Assembly (NCBI GenBank): GCA_963746685.1
Contig: CAVVBY010000033.1
Coordinates: forward strand, 592,686 to 656,685
DNA: 64,000 bases
Direction of reading: 5' to 3'
DNA from: an uncultured Bacteroidales bacterium
GTDB taxonomy: Bacteria > Bacteroidota > Bacteroidia > Bacteroidales > VadinHA17
The translations under genes were made by a program, and so were the position numbers. Of the stretch, positions 10,191 through 21,533 are shown one piece after another (the stretch's first letter is position 1; each line of letters starts with the position of its first letter). Under the pieces are notes generated by a model that was not told the DNA's origin, ran no database searches, and saw only the letters and a program-made list of their open reading frames with translations.

Positions 10191-13100
10191 TTAATAAATG
10201 ATCATTCTTCCTGAAATAGTGGAAGTTTCACCATTCCCTGTGGTTATTGTCACTCTGTATGGATAGACGCCCCTCCCTGCTCTCTGCCCGCCTGATGTAT
10301 TGCCATCCCATTCGACCGGAGCAAGCTGGTACCCGGTCGCAGGGACAGAGGTTCTTAAAATCCTGATTATTACACCGTTCATGCTGAAAATCGTCACGGT
10401 CACATCAAACAGTTCATCTGGCCTGTTATGCTCGGCACTGATCTTTGTTCTTTCAATAAAAGGATTTGGATAGTTAAGAAGGTTTTTCAGGATGAATTTC
10501 TCTCCGTTCTCAACAAGGAAAATAATTGATTTTTCACTCGAATTGTTGAAATTATCCCATGCCTTTAAAGTGAGGGTGTGACTTCCCGGATCAAGTCCTG
10601 AAAAATTGTAAATTATACTTCCCTTACTGTAGCTTCCGAAGTCATTTTCATAATAATTATTGAGTATAAAAGAAGTGGTGCGGTCATTGTCAAGCCAGCA
10701 TGAAAGATCATGTCCAATACCGGTTCCGGCAGTATTGATCCCTCCTTTGTCCTCGATCAGCGCCAGCAGACTTGGATTACTGTCGGTTATTCCTCCGCTG
10801 CGAAAAAGAGTGTCATTAATAAAGAGTCTTATTGCAGGTCCTTCAGTATCAAGATCGTTTTTGTTGCTGAATCCTCCTGTGACAATACCGGAAAAACTGC
10901 CGTTCATATCCCTTGCTTCATTAAAAGCATAGTAACTTATTTTACCCTTACCCGGTAAGTAATCAATATCCCTCGGAACAATGAAGGTGAAACTGAACTT
11001 GCCGTTTTCTGCCCTGGTTTTGCCGCTGAAAAGAATATTATTCTGTTCCTCAAATTCCATTTTCTGTCCGCCGTCGTTAGCAAGTGTTTGAATCTCCTCC
11101 GGCTTCCCGAAAACGAGCGGAGCAACAACACCATTGAAATCAGATGACTGATTTCCTGAATTATCTTCAATATGGCCGGCCACCGTTATCATTGATAGCG
11201 CTTTGAGAGTGTCGATACTACCTCCTGCCGGCACATTGTTTATTGAGTCTGTCACAACATTTCCATGCCATGGATATGCAAGCCTGACAGCGGGATCTCC
11301 GAGCAAAAGGAAATTTCTTTTGTTTGTATTGTCCCCCGACATGTTTTTTGCGATCCTGATAATATCACCCAGCCTCCGGGCCTTCCCTTCCGGATCACGA
11401 TCAAAGGCAGCCTCAAAAATATTTCTGTTGAGAGCATAATTCGGAGCTGAATAGACAAGCCGCGTTGTCGACATAAGCGCAATTGCCCCGCCTTTAGTGT
11501 CAAGCAGAATCTTTTCCCCCGATGAAGGTTTTCCGGTTATACTATTGGTAACGCTGTTTATTGTAATTTCATCAAATCTGCTGAATTCACATGTCGCAGT
11601 AATAAAAAGTGGAAGCTTTGAAATGTTTTTCCACTTATCTATATCGTCAGGAGTTATTACTCTCTCGTGCGCCAGGCTTGTCTCATTTCCATGTCCTATG
11701 TAATTGAAAACCAGTATTCCGGAATTGATCCTGTCACTTATAGCCTGTGTCACATCAGGATAAAACTGGCCTGTGGAAGTTGTGATCTGATTATAGGCAT
11801 CAAAATAGATCTTGTCAACGTTCACCCATGGAGCGCGTTCAGCAAGCAGACCAGCAAGACCTTCAGCATCGGACATGTGTGTGTTGCCGTCTTCATCGTC
11901 GGCAGTAATACATACAACATTTTTCCAGTCTCCCTTGTTAGCAGAACTAAGGTAAGCTTCAATTTTGGATACCACTATCCGGGCTTCAGTAGTATCCGAA
12001 ACAGGGATCCTTCCGATACCCAGATCCTCTGTACCGGCATCTTCACCTTCCCCGTCTTCGAGAAGACCGTAAAAGTCATCGGAAGTAAAGGATGAGATTA
12101 TAATGTTTGAATTCTGAGTCTGGTATGTCGGCACATAATTCGTATTACCCGGAGGCGGAGTCTTATTTTCAAAAGAACCATCTCCGAATAAAAGCAGATA
12201 TTTGAGCGGATGATCAGTGTCCTTCTGAAGCAGAAACTTCATCCTCAGGAAATTCCTTATCGCAGCAATATCAGGAATACCTCCTGAAAACTCATTGTAT
12301 ATCTGTTCAGGTGTGGTAACAAGTGATACCAGTCCGCTGTTCTTTCTGTGTATTTCGGCCAGCTGCCCTGCATACTGGATAAATAATGGATGAGTTACAA
12401 TTATCATATCAGCAGCTGGTGAAGAGTGAAGATCCTGATTTGGCAAAGCTGTCTGATCTTATTACAGGCGTTTTGGCATTGCTGCTGATAAAAGCAATAA
12501 AAATTTTCAGAGTGTCAGTTGCCATCTTAAAGGTGATATTTTCACCTGTCCTGGCAAATTGGATCGTTTTAGGTGTAAAAGGATCTGTCACATCCCATAT
12601 CATGGTTCCCTCGGCCGAGCTTGTAATTGTGAATTCAGTAACATTACCATTTCCAACTGATTTTGAGTCTGTAAAACTTGCAGTTTTTCCTTCAAATTTA
12701 TTCAGTTTTCTGGCATGCAGTTTCACATAATCGATCCATCCCTTTGCTGATATCTCACCATTATTCACAAATGACACTTTATATGCAGGTTGTGATGATG
12801 ATGGAATGAATTCACCTTCTGCCAGTTCTGCCTGGGCATAAGTTCCTGTTGTGGAAGCCAGGTTGATCCCGTTTACAGGAACAGTAGCTAATTACAGATC
12901 CATTTTCAGTCAATCTGAAAAGTGTTGAAACAGAAGCTCTTGCGAGAACTCTTATTGTATATTTTATTTTATCAGCAGGTACAATATCCTTATATCCCGG
13001 ATTTACTTCGGCATCTTTTGAATAACTTACCGGCTGGTACCACTCTCTTCCGGAATGAATAAGGTTTTCAGTCTCCATTTCATGAATATACAAGGCATCG

Positions 13101-13615
13101 GATACAGCAGAAAAGTAATTAGGCTGTAACCGGGATCCATCAGCAGATCCGATTCTTTTCCCCTGAACCGGTCCCGAGGTTATAAAATAGAATGCAGTAT
13201 CGGAATAATTATGCCTCAGATAGTCGAAATCTCCGGTGGAATTATCATAAATCCACCTGTTTGTCCCTTTGCCATAAAACAGGAGATAGTCGCCTTCATT
13301 AAAAACTCCGTCACTGCCCGTATTGATGTAAATAGCAATTTCCCTCAGGTCATCAGGTTCTGAGCCGTCATTATAGTATGAGAGCTGACCCTGATTGTTA
13401 CCGAAAATCCTTGGATTTGACGGATAATCCAGTCCAAGCTGTTTCAGCCTCGAATAGTCAATCCTGTAGATGTTATCCTCCGTAACTGCGATTTTAAACC
13501 ACTTGCCTGAAGAGAGAACTGAGGAAGAAGAGTAACTTTTCGTAATTCCGCTGACGGTAATATTCAGGAAGAAAAGCATAACCGCAAAACACGCTATTTT
13601 AACCGGTCTCACCAT
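10191..13615 (-). CDS. porU: Type IX secretion sortase PorU (C25 gingipain-like; frameshifted)
   Basis: ORFs 12812..13615, 12409..12777 and 10191..12446. SVLSSGKWFKIAV N-terminus, YLLLFGDGSF, NYIGHG, ITATCEFSRFD, and C-terminal NYPNPF CTD. Confidence 0.93.
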
Positions 13616-13732
13616 TATTCATGACAAAGATAGAAATGTAGTTCAGGTTTTTATTTTATTTTGCGGAATGAAAATAGTTTTGAATGAAATTTTGGACAGG
13701 GTCACTACGTTGATATTACAGTTTTAATTAAT

Positions 13733-14702
13733 ATGATAAACCGTCCGGGGCTGATATGCATCCTGATTTTCATTTTTTCTGAAGCCTTATTTTGTCAGGA
13801 GACGGATTATGGTCCTGGTTATCAGACCATGATCTTGAATAATCCTGCTTTTACAGGCAGCAGCCTGGATGGGACAATGAGACTCTCATATCTTAATTTC
13901 TATCCGGGGAATCATTATAATTTCCACTCTGTTTTTCTTTCATATGATTCGTACTTCCAGGCTCTGCACGGAGGAGCTGGTTTCTACATTGCAAATGATT
14001 ATATCGGAGGAATAGTGAACGATCTGAGAGGCGGCTTGTCATATTCTTATTTTTTGCAGGCAGGTAAGGATCTTTATTATTAATGCAGGACTATCTGCCG
14101 CATTTTTCCATCGCGGTTTTAATTTCAGTGATGCTGTTTTTCCTGATCAGATCGATCCTATGGGCGGAATTTCGCTGCCATCCTCTGAATTAATGTCAAA
14201 TGAAAACACAACTGTGTTTGATGTCGGTACAGGCTTTATGTTTATCTACAAAAAACTTACTGGCGGATTCGCTATAACTCATCTTACCCAACCCGATCTG
14301 GACGGAAACGGATCGTCTGTTGAAAGGCTTAAACGAAAATATCTGATGCACTTAATTGCAGATATTGATCTGAAAAAGGGGACTGATCTAAAAATCCTGC
14401 CACTTGCCTCAGTTGAGTTGCAGGGAAAATTCATAAGTGCAGGTGCTGGAGCAGTACTGCAAAGTAATTACCTGTCTTTCAGCTCTGTACTTCTGGTAAA
14501 TAATAATAAGAACATTGATGTTCAGGCAGGATTTTCATTCAGGAGAGAAAAACTTAGCTTGTTTTATAATTACAGGTTCAATTTGGCATCGGGCAATTCA
14601 CTAATGCCATTTTCTCTTGTCCATCAGACTGGCCTTACATTCAGTTTACACAATGTTGAAAAAAGAATTAAATTCAGTACAATAAATATACCTTATATGT
14701 AG
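13733..14702 (+). CDS. PorP/SprF family T9SS membrane protein (frameshift near 14080)
   Basis: Signal peptide, NPAFTG motif, FPDQIDP motif, beta-barrel-like alternating pattern. Confidence 0.8.
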
Positions 14703-14781
14703 TTATATTTGGTGTCCAAAAAAACTATTTCGGGAAAAAGGTAGATTATTAAATTCATAAATAATATAAAATTAAGGAGTT

Positions 14782-16266
14782 ATGTATAGATTCAGAACCT
14801 TGTCGGTTATATTTATTGCTGCATTGATTCTCTTTTCGTGCAAGGGCAGCAAAAAAGGGGATAACGTTTCATCCACTACAGGGTGGAAGTATAATGACCC
14901 TGACAATGGAGGATTTGAAGTTGCATTAGGTGCGGAACAGAAAACGGGTCCGGGCCTTGTGCTTATTGAAGGAGGTCGTTTTACCATGGGCCGTGTGGAA
15001 CAGGATGTGATGTTTGACTGGAACAATGTACCCAGAACTGTTACCGTATCCTCATTTTATATGGATGAAACAGAGGTTAGAAACGTTGACTATCGTGAAT
15101 ATCTGTTCTGGATAAAAAGAGTTTACAAGGATTATCCTGAAGTATTCAGAAGAGCTTTACCGGACACACTGGTGTGGAGAAGTCCGATGGGTTTCAATGA
15201 TCCTTATGTCCAGTATTATTTCAGGCACCCGTCATATAACAACTATCCTGTTGTTGGTGTCAGCTGGGTTAAAGCAAATGATTACTGCCTCTGGAGAACC
15301 GACAGGGTGAATGAACAGCTGCTGATCGATGAAGGAGAACTGAATCCCGATCCAAACCAGCTTAATGAAAAGAACTTCAATACAGAAGCTTATCTGGCAG
15401 GTCAGTATGAAGGAGTTGTAAATCAGCTTCGCGAAAGTCTTAATCCCAATCAGACTGAAAGGCGTACAAATTTTGAAGACGGATTGCTTTTGCCTGCTTA
15501 CAGGCTGCCAACTGAGGCAGAATGGGAATTTGCCGCATATGCTCTTAAGGGCAATACATTTGAAGAACGTGTTTATGAAAGAAGAATCTACCCGTGGGAT
15601 GGTCATAATGTAAGGAATGCTGCTAAAAAATCTCGTGGTGAGATGATGGCCAACTTTGTCCGTGGCAGGGGAGATATGATGGGAGTTGCAGGCAGTTTGA
15701 ATGACAACGGGAGCATAACCACCGATGTGAAATCTTACTGGCCAAATGATTATGGTCTTTACTGCATGGCAGGTAATGTAAATGAATGGGTTCAGGATGT
15801 TTACCGCCCTCTTACTTCACAGGATGTTGAAGCATTTAATCCTTACAGGGGCAATGTTTTCACTGATCTCAGAAGAGACGCCAACGGACAGACAGTAGGT
15901 AAAGATAAACTTGGACGACTTTATATCGATACCGTTAAGGATACTGATGTTGCAAACAGGTATAATTATCAGAAAGGCGATTACAGGAATTACAGGGATG
16001 GTGATCTTTCATCATCAATTACAGGCAATGCCGACTGGAACGTTGATGACAATAAAAAAGGCTCATCAAGAATGTATGTTCAGGAGGAAAAAGATTACTT
16101 TACGCTTATTAATGATAATGCAAGGGTATATAAAGGTGGATCATGGAAAGACAGGGCATACTGGCTTAATCCTTCAACAAGGAGATTCCTCGATCAGGAA
16201 AGCTGCCGCGATGATATAGGATTCAGGTGTGCAATGATCAGGGTAGGAAGCCCGTCAGGATTTTAG
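14782..16266 (+). CDS. gldJ: Gliding motility lipoprotein GldJ (FGE-sulfatase fold)
   Basis: Lipobox LFSC, SSTTGWKYND, FYMDETEV, ALPDTLVWR, YRLPTEAEWEFAA and GFRCAM motifs; conserved context (near porU, upstream of murF). Confidence 0.85.
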   Translation: MYRFRTLSVIFIAALILFSCKGSKKGDNVSSTTGWKYNDPDNGGFEVALGAEQKTGPGLVLIEGGRFTMGRVEQDVMFDWNNVPRTVTVSSFYMDETEVRNVDYREYLFWIKRVYKDYPEVFRRALPDTLVWRSPMGFNDPYVQYYFRHPSYNNYPVVGVSWVKANDYCLWRTDRVNEQLLIDEGELNPDPNQLNEKNFNTEAYLAGQYEGVVNQLRESLNPNQTERRTNFEDGLLLPAYRLPTEAEWEFAAYALKGNTFEERVYERRIYPWDGHNVRNAAKKSRGEMMANFVRGRGDMMGVAGSLNDNGSITTDVKSYWPNDYGLYCMAGNVNEWVQDVYRPLTSQDVEAFNPYRGNVFTDLRRDANGQTVGKDKLGRLYIDTVKDTDVANRYNYQKGDYRNYRDGDLSSSITGNADWNVDDNKKGSSRMYVQEEKDYFTLINDNARVYKGGSWKDRAYWLNPSTRRFLDQESCRDDIGFRCAMIRVGSPSGF

Positions 16267-16291
16267 GGGAATAGAAGAATTTTATATATAT

Positions 16292-16325
16292 TGCCTCATT
16301 ATGAATCATAATGAGGCATTTTTTT
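16292..16325 (+). terminator. Intrinsic terminator after gldJ
   Basis: TGCCTCATTATG-AAT-CATAATGAGGCA perfect stem followed by T7. Confidence 0.75.
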
Positions 16326-16331
16326 AAAGTT

Positions 16332-17627
16332 ATGAAAACAGAACAGCTTTACAAGATATACAAAGAAGAGTCAACCGGAGTCTCGACTGATTCCCGCAAC
16401 ATTAAAAAAGGTCAGTTGTTTTTTGCGCTATGGGGCCAGAACTTCAATGGGAACAAGTATGCCAGCGAGGCCCTTGACAAGGGAGCTTCATATGCCGTAA
16501 TTGATGATCCCGTATATGAAACCGAAAAGACAATCCTTGTCGACGACTGTCTTATAGAACTGGCGGGTCTGGCACTCTTTCACCGGAAAATGATCAAGGC
16601 TCCGGTGCTGGCAATAACCGGGACCAATGGAAAGACAACCACAAAGGAACTTATTGCCACCATAATGTCAAAAAAGCTTAAGGTCCACTACACAAAAGGC
16701 AACCTTAATAATGAAATCGGATTACCGCTGACCATTTTATCGGCACCGGAAGATACTGAGATGATGATACTTGAGATGGGGGCCAACCACCTTGGAGAAA
16801 TCCGGGCATTGTGTAATGTTGCAAGGCCCGATTATGGCATAATAACAAATGTTGGAACAGCTCATCTTGAAGGTTTTGGTTCATTCGAAGGAGTCCTGAA
16901 GGCTAAAACAGAGCTTTATGAGCATCTCAGGAAAGTTAATGGCATTGCAATTTACGATGACCAGAATCCATTGCTGACCGAAAAGATATATAAGATTGTG
17001 AACAGAGGTGTCCCATACTCAAATCCAACGGGTGTGGAGCTGGTTGTTGAAGCTTTGTCTTCAGAGATGAATCTGGCTGTAAGAGTAAAATATGAACATA
17101 AAACTTATGAAATTCAAACAGGTCTTTTTGGTGCATATAACCTTGGAAACATTAAGGCAGCGATCGCTACAGGTTTATTTCTCGGTGTCGAAATGGAGGA
17201 TATTGCCGAAGCTGTTGGCAAGTATCAGCCCGGCAATAACAGGTCGCAGGTAAAAACAACCCCTAACAATACACTGGTTTGCGACTCCTATAATGCAAAC
17301 CCGACAAGCATGACGGCTGCTATTAATTCATTTTTTGAACTCAAAACAAGCAAAAAAATACTGATCCTTGGCGATATGCTGGAACTTGGGGATAAGAGCG
17401 AAGAGGAACATCTGAAGCTTCTCGAGACACTCAAATCTCTGAAACCAGAAAAGGTTTTCCTGGTTGGGAGCACATTTCAGAAGATTTCTGCCGGGACAGA
17501 TATCAAATCGTTTCATAATGTGGAAAAACTTCGGGAGTATCTTAAGGCGGAACCATTAAAGGGCAGCCTTATTCTTATAAAAGGTTCAAGAGGAATGACC
17601 CTTGAGAAGATATATGATCTCCTTTAG
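16332..17627 (+). CDS. murF: UDP-N-acetylmuramoyl-tripeptide--D-Ala-D-Ala ligase
   Basis: STDSR, ITGTNGKTTTKE, NLNNEIGLP, EMGANH, DSYNANPTSM, LGDMLELG and KGSRG motifs. Confidence 0.96.
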   Translation: MKTEQLYKIYKEESTGVSTDSRNIKKGQLFFALWGQNFNGNKYASEALDKGASYAVIDDPVYETEKTILVDDCLIELAGLALFHRKMIKAPVLAITGTNGKTTTKELIATIMSKKLKVHYTKGNLNNEIGLPLTILSAPEDTEMMILEMGANHLGEIRALCNVARPDYGIITNVGTAHLEGFGSFEGVLKAKTELYEHLRKVNGIAIYDDQNPLLTEKIYKIVNRGVPYSNPTGVELVVEALSSEMNLAVRVKYEHKTYEIQTGLFGAYNLGNIKAAIATGLFLGVEMEDIAEAVGKYQPGNNRSQVKTTPNNTLVCDSYNANPTSMTAAINSFFELKTSKKILILGDMLELGDKSEEEHLKLLETLKSLKPEKVFLVGSTFQKISAGTDIKSFHNVEKLREYLKAEPLKGSLILIKGSRGMTLEKIYDLL

Positions 17628-18805
17628 TTATCCTGCTTTTTAGCGGTGTCAGGATCAGCTCCAAACTTAATATTTATTAACAGCACTTCAGACCTGCTGC
17701 CTGATCTTACTCTTGGACCCCAGAGGCCGAATCCGGATGATACAATATATTGGGTATTGCCTCTTTTCTTATAACCATAACTCAGTTCATACATTTTTGC
17801 AGTAAGGTGATTTAAAGGCCACATCTGGCCATTATGTGTATGCCCTGAAAGTTGCAGGTCAATTAAGTTCTTCTCAGCTTCACTAAGATCAAGCGGCTGA
17901 TGATCAAGCAGTATCACCGGTCGGGAAGGATTAACAGACTTCACCAGTTCAGCAAGCGGTTTGCGCTCTTTGCCGTAAAATCTTTTTGAATCCCTGTCAA
18001 GCCTACCGATAAGTTGTATCCCTCCTTCTATTGTCACAACTTCATCTTTTAAAATTCTTATTCCCTTGCTTTCAATATAGGGAATAGTCCGTTTTGCACC
18101 TCCTATAAATTCATGATTCCCTGTAATTGAATAGAGTCCGTCACTACATTTCGGGCAGGAGAAATACTGCAAAAGATCACCGCGCAAAACGGGACCTATT
18201 TCACCATCCACAATATCACCAAGAAGAAGGACAAGATCGGGTTTAAGTTTTATAAGGATATCAGAAAGCTTCTTAATGCTCCTTTTCCTGATAATGCTGC
18301 CAAGGTGTATATCTGAGACTGCGGCAATCCTGAGACCCTTCAAATCGTCTGCAGACTTGTTTATCGTAATATTGTAGGTTTTCACTTTCGGAACAATCGC
18401 GTTAATAAATCCGCCTGCAATAAGAAAGAAAGAGATAATCAGAGTTATAATAAATGACCATTTCCTGAAAACAATAATATTACTGCTGTCAATAACTCCT
18501 GCTATCCGGAGAGCCACTGCTATTATGTCTGAAAGGAAAAGGAAGAGAAACCCGTAAAGCATAAAAGCCATCCAGAATCCACCGATAATATTCAGGATAT
18601 CTGATAAAACTGAGGAATGCCTGGCTTCAAGGATTTTTCCAAAAATAAAAGCAGAAGAGAAAAGGATGAAGATTACCAGATACCATATTTTATTATTCTG
18701 AAAGGCAGTTATTGAGCTATATCCCCTGGAATAAATATAAATATTTGTCAGAGAGTAAATTGTAAGAACAATTGCGAGGAACAAGATTAACTGGTATGTT
18801 TTCAT
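17624..18805 (-). CDS. Membrane-anchored metallophosphoesterase (YkuE/YaeI-like)
   Basis: N-terminal TM helices; DIHLG, GDIVD, GNHE, HQP and GHTH motifs. Confidence 0.88.
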   Translation of the reverse strand: MKTYQLILFLAIVLTIYSLTNIYIYSRGYSSITAFQNNKIWYLVIFILFSSAFIFGKILEARHSSVLSDILNIIGGFWMAFMLYGFLFLFLSDIIAVALRIAGVIDSSNIIVFRKWSFIITLIISFFLIAGGFINAIVPKVKTYNITINKSADDLKGLRIAAVSDIHLGSIIRKRSIKKLSDILIKLKPDLVLLLGDIVDGEIGPVLRGDLLQYFSCPKCSDGLYSITGNHEFIGGAKRTIPYIESKGIRILKDEVVTIEGGIQLIGRLDRDSKRFYGKERKPLAELVKSVNPSRPVILLDHQPLDLSEAEKNLIDLQLSGHTHNGQMWPLNHLTAKMYELSYGYKKRGNTQYIVSSGFGLWGPRVRSGSRSEVLLINIKFGADPDTAKKQDN

Positions 18806-18816
18806 TTAAATCAATT

Positions 18817-19839
18817 TCAGATGTTAAGACTGCTGAAGGTTTTTTCTCCTTTAATATAAAACCTGAAAACAATACTCTTGTTCACCAGATGACTAATAGT
18901 TTTGTCTTTTACTAAATTACTCACAGATTCCCTTTTAACTTTTAGCGATTTAATGTTCTTATAATAATCCATATGGGCTTTCCAGACAGCTTTTGCATTT
19001 CCTGTTCTGCCTTTGATAATGAACATGATGGCTGCCACTCCGTCCAGGATCTTTCGTATAAACATTGTTTTGTGTAACTTGTTGTCAGGCAGGTTTTTAA
19101 AAAGTAAGAAAAGATTATTGCGGAAATTCAGATAGGTTTTGAGTTTTGAATCATATGGAAGCGAACCTCCACCGGCATGATAAACTATGGATTCAGGAAC
19201 ACAGGAAACACGTAATCCGGCCAGATGAAACCTCCAGCACAGATCGACCTCTTCCATATGTGCAAAAAAATCATCGTCAAATCCACCACATTGCACCCAT
19301 GCTTCAGACCTGACCATCATACAAGCTCCTGAGGACCAGAATATATCGGTACAATTATCATACTGGCCGAAATCTTTTTCAATATGTTCAAAAATACGCC
19401 CCCTGCAGAATGTATATCCGAATTTGTCAATATATCCTCCTGCTGCACCGGCATATTCAAAATAATCCCTGTTATGAAATGATCTGATCTTAGGCTGGCA
19501 GGAAGCCACATCAGGATTCTGATCCAGATGTTTTATCATTGGATCAAGCCAGCCTTCAGTAACTTCGGCATCAGAGTTCAGAAGTACAAAATATTTTGCA
19601 GTTATCTGTTTCAGCGCCAGGTTGTACCCACCGGCAAAACCCTGGTTACTTTCGATCCTGATTATCCTGACATCATTAAAATTATTTGAAACCCACTCTG
19701 CTGAGCCGTCTGTTGAGCCGTTGTCTGCCAGATAAACTACTGTATCCATGCCGGCCGAAAACTTTACGACTATCGCAAGGAATTTCTGTAGCCAGGCGAT
19801 GCCATTCCAGTTAAGTATAACAACAGCAGTTTTAATCAT
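18817..19839 (-). CDS. Glycosyltransferase family 2
   Basis: VVILNWNG, DNGSTDGS, GFAGGYN, LLNSD and EEVDLCWR motifs. Confidence 0.9.
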   Translation of the reverse strand: MIKTAVVILNWNGIAWLQKFLAIVVKFSAGMDTVVYLADNGSTDGSAEWVSNNFNDVRIIRIESNQGFAGGYNLALKQITAKYFVLLNSDAEVTEGWLDPMIKHLDQNPDVASCQPKIRSFHNRDYFEYAGAAGGYIDKFGYTFCRGRIFEHIEKDFGQYDNCTDIFWSSGACMMVRSEAWVQCGGFDDDFFAHMEEVDLCWRFHLAGLRVSCVPESIVYHAGGGSLPYDSKLKTYLNFRNNLFLLFKNLPDNKLHKTMFIRKILDGVAAIMFIIKGRTGNAKAVWKAHMDYYKNIKSLKVKRESVSNLVKDKTISHLVNKSIVFRFYIKGEKTFSSLNI

Positions 19840-20719
19840 TTACAGCCTCTTTTTTATATTTCCACCTCCGGTGTGTCCATATCCAGTACTCGGGTTTTTC
19901 CTTAATTATTTGTTCAAGCCTTTTAACATGCGTTTCAGTCACCTTGTATTTTGGCAGGCTTTTGGTACTGTCAAACAATAATTCAATAGTCATATTGTAA
20001 TATCCGCGCCTGACCTTCTGAATATCAAAGAAGACAACCGGCATATCATATTTTGCAGCAATCTTTTCAATTCCAAGAAATACAGGAGTCTCCTGGTTAA
20101 GGAAATCAGTGTAGTATTCAATCAGGGTTCTTGCAGGTGTCTGGTCCGCCATGAATCCGTACAGGGCTCTGATGTTTTTACTTCGGTTTTCAATAATTCT
20201 CCTGACAATCATTTGCATTGGAGCCAATTCTCCGTTATTTCTTTCCCTGTTATTATTAATAAACTTGTTGAGCATTTTGTTCTTCAGAGGTTTGATTGCT
20301 CCAACGCACTTATATTTCGTATAAAGAGAAAAGCAGATACTCAACCACTCCCAGTTGTTATAATGGCTATACACCACAGCCACATCCCGTCCTGAATCAC
20401 AAAGATGATTGATTAATTCCGGATTGTTTATTGTGACCCTTTTCTTCAGCTCTTTATTGCTAAGGTGAGTAAGTTTCAGTGTTTCGATAAAAAGATCAGC
20501 CAGATGTCTGTAAAATTTTCTTCCGATAAGTGTAATCTCTTTTCCGGATTTTTCCGGAAAAGAATTCCTGAGATTTTCAGCAACTATTTTTCTCCGGTAA
20601 GACGGGAAGTAATATAAAAAAAGGAACAGTATATCGGAAGCAATATATAGAATTCTAAGGGGCAAAAGAGTAATTATCCAGTTTATCCCATAGAAAATAT
20701 AGTATCCGATTGTTCCCAT
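19832..20719 (-). CDS. Lipid A biosynthesis (LpxL-type) acyltransferase
   Basis: HYNNWEW, ADQTP and PEYWIWTHRRWK motifs. Confidence 0.88.
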   Translation of the reverse strand: MGTIGYYIFYGINWIITLLPLRILYIASDILFLFLYYFPSYRRKIVAENLRNSFPEKSGKEITLIGRKFYRHLADLFIETLKLTHLSNKELKKRVTINNPELINHLCDSGRDVAVVYSHYNNWEWLSICFSLYTKYKCVGAIKPLKNKMLNKFINNNRERNNGELAPMQMIVRRIIENRSKNIRALYGFMADQTPARTLIEYYTDFLNQETPVFLGIEKIAAKYDMPVVFFDIQKVRRGYYNMTIELLFDSTKSLPKYKVTETHVKRLEQIIKEKPEYWIWTHRRWKYKKEAVND

Positions 20720-20723
20720 TAAA

Positions 20724-21530
20724 TTACCTTGACTTATCCTTCATAAAATTACCGATTATTTCGAGTATCTCATAATAGATAAGGGAGTTCGAGGCGATTG
20801 TTTCATCACCTGTAAGGTTAGCCATGTTGCCTGAAAAATCACTGAACCTGCCTCCGGCTTCCCTTACAATAAGCATTCCTGCTGCAATGTCCCACAGTTT
20901 CAGGTCGTATTCAAAGAAAAGGTCAAACCTGCCGCATGCCACATATGCCAGGTCGATTGAGGCACATCCAAGTCTTCTTAGGCCGTGGGTATTTTTCACC
21001 AGGTATGTCAGGAGATTCATGTAAGGGTCGAGCCTGTCGAAGAGATTATATGGAAAACCTGTTGCTGCAAGCGATCCGGATAATTTTGGAATGGATGATA
21101 CATGGATTCTTTTACCATTGAGCCAGGCACCGCCGTTTTTCCATGCCGTAAAGGTTTCATTTCCACCAGCTTCATGGACCACACCGGCAATAACCTCATC
21201 GTTTTCCATCAGCCCGATGCTGACCGCATATGGATGCACTCCATGCAGGAAATTGGTCGTTCCGTCGAGCGGATCTATGATCCAGTTGTATTTCAATCCT
21301 TTTTTAACTGATGTACCCTCTTCAGCAATAAACCCTGCTTCGGGGATCAGGGGAGCAAGCTTTTCAATCAGCATCTTCTCTGATCCTTTGTCGACATACG
21401 TCACGAAGTTGTTTAGCCCTTTCGTTTCGGTGTCATTTATATCAAAAACAACCGATTCATTTTTTATAAATTCACCGGCCATTCTGGCAGCGGCTTCAAT
21501 TTCAGCACATAGAGCTTTAAGATCTGTCAT
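20724..21530 (-). CDS. suhB: Inositol monophosphatase family protein
   Basis: WIIDPLDGTTNF, RRLGCASIDLAYVACGR and WDIAAG motifs. Confidence 0.88.
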   Translation of the reverse strand: MTDLKALCAEIEAAARMAGEFIKNESVVFDINDTETKGLNNFVTYVDKGSEKMLIEKLAPLIPEAGFIAEEGTSVKKGLKYNWIIDPLDGTTNFLHGVHPYAVSIGLMENDEVIAGVVHEAGGNETFTAWKNGGAWLNGKRIHVSSIPKLSGSLAATGFPYNLFDRLDPYMNLLTYLVKNTHGLRRLGCASIDLAYVACGRFDLFFEYDLKLWDIAAGMLIVREAGGRFSDFSGNMANLTGDETIASNSLIYYEILEIIGNFMKDKSR

Positions 21531-21533
21531 GGT

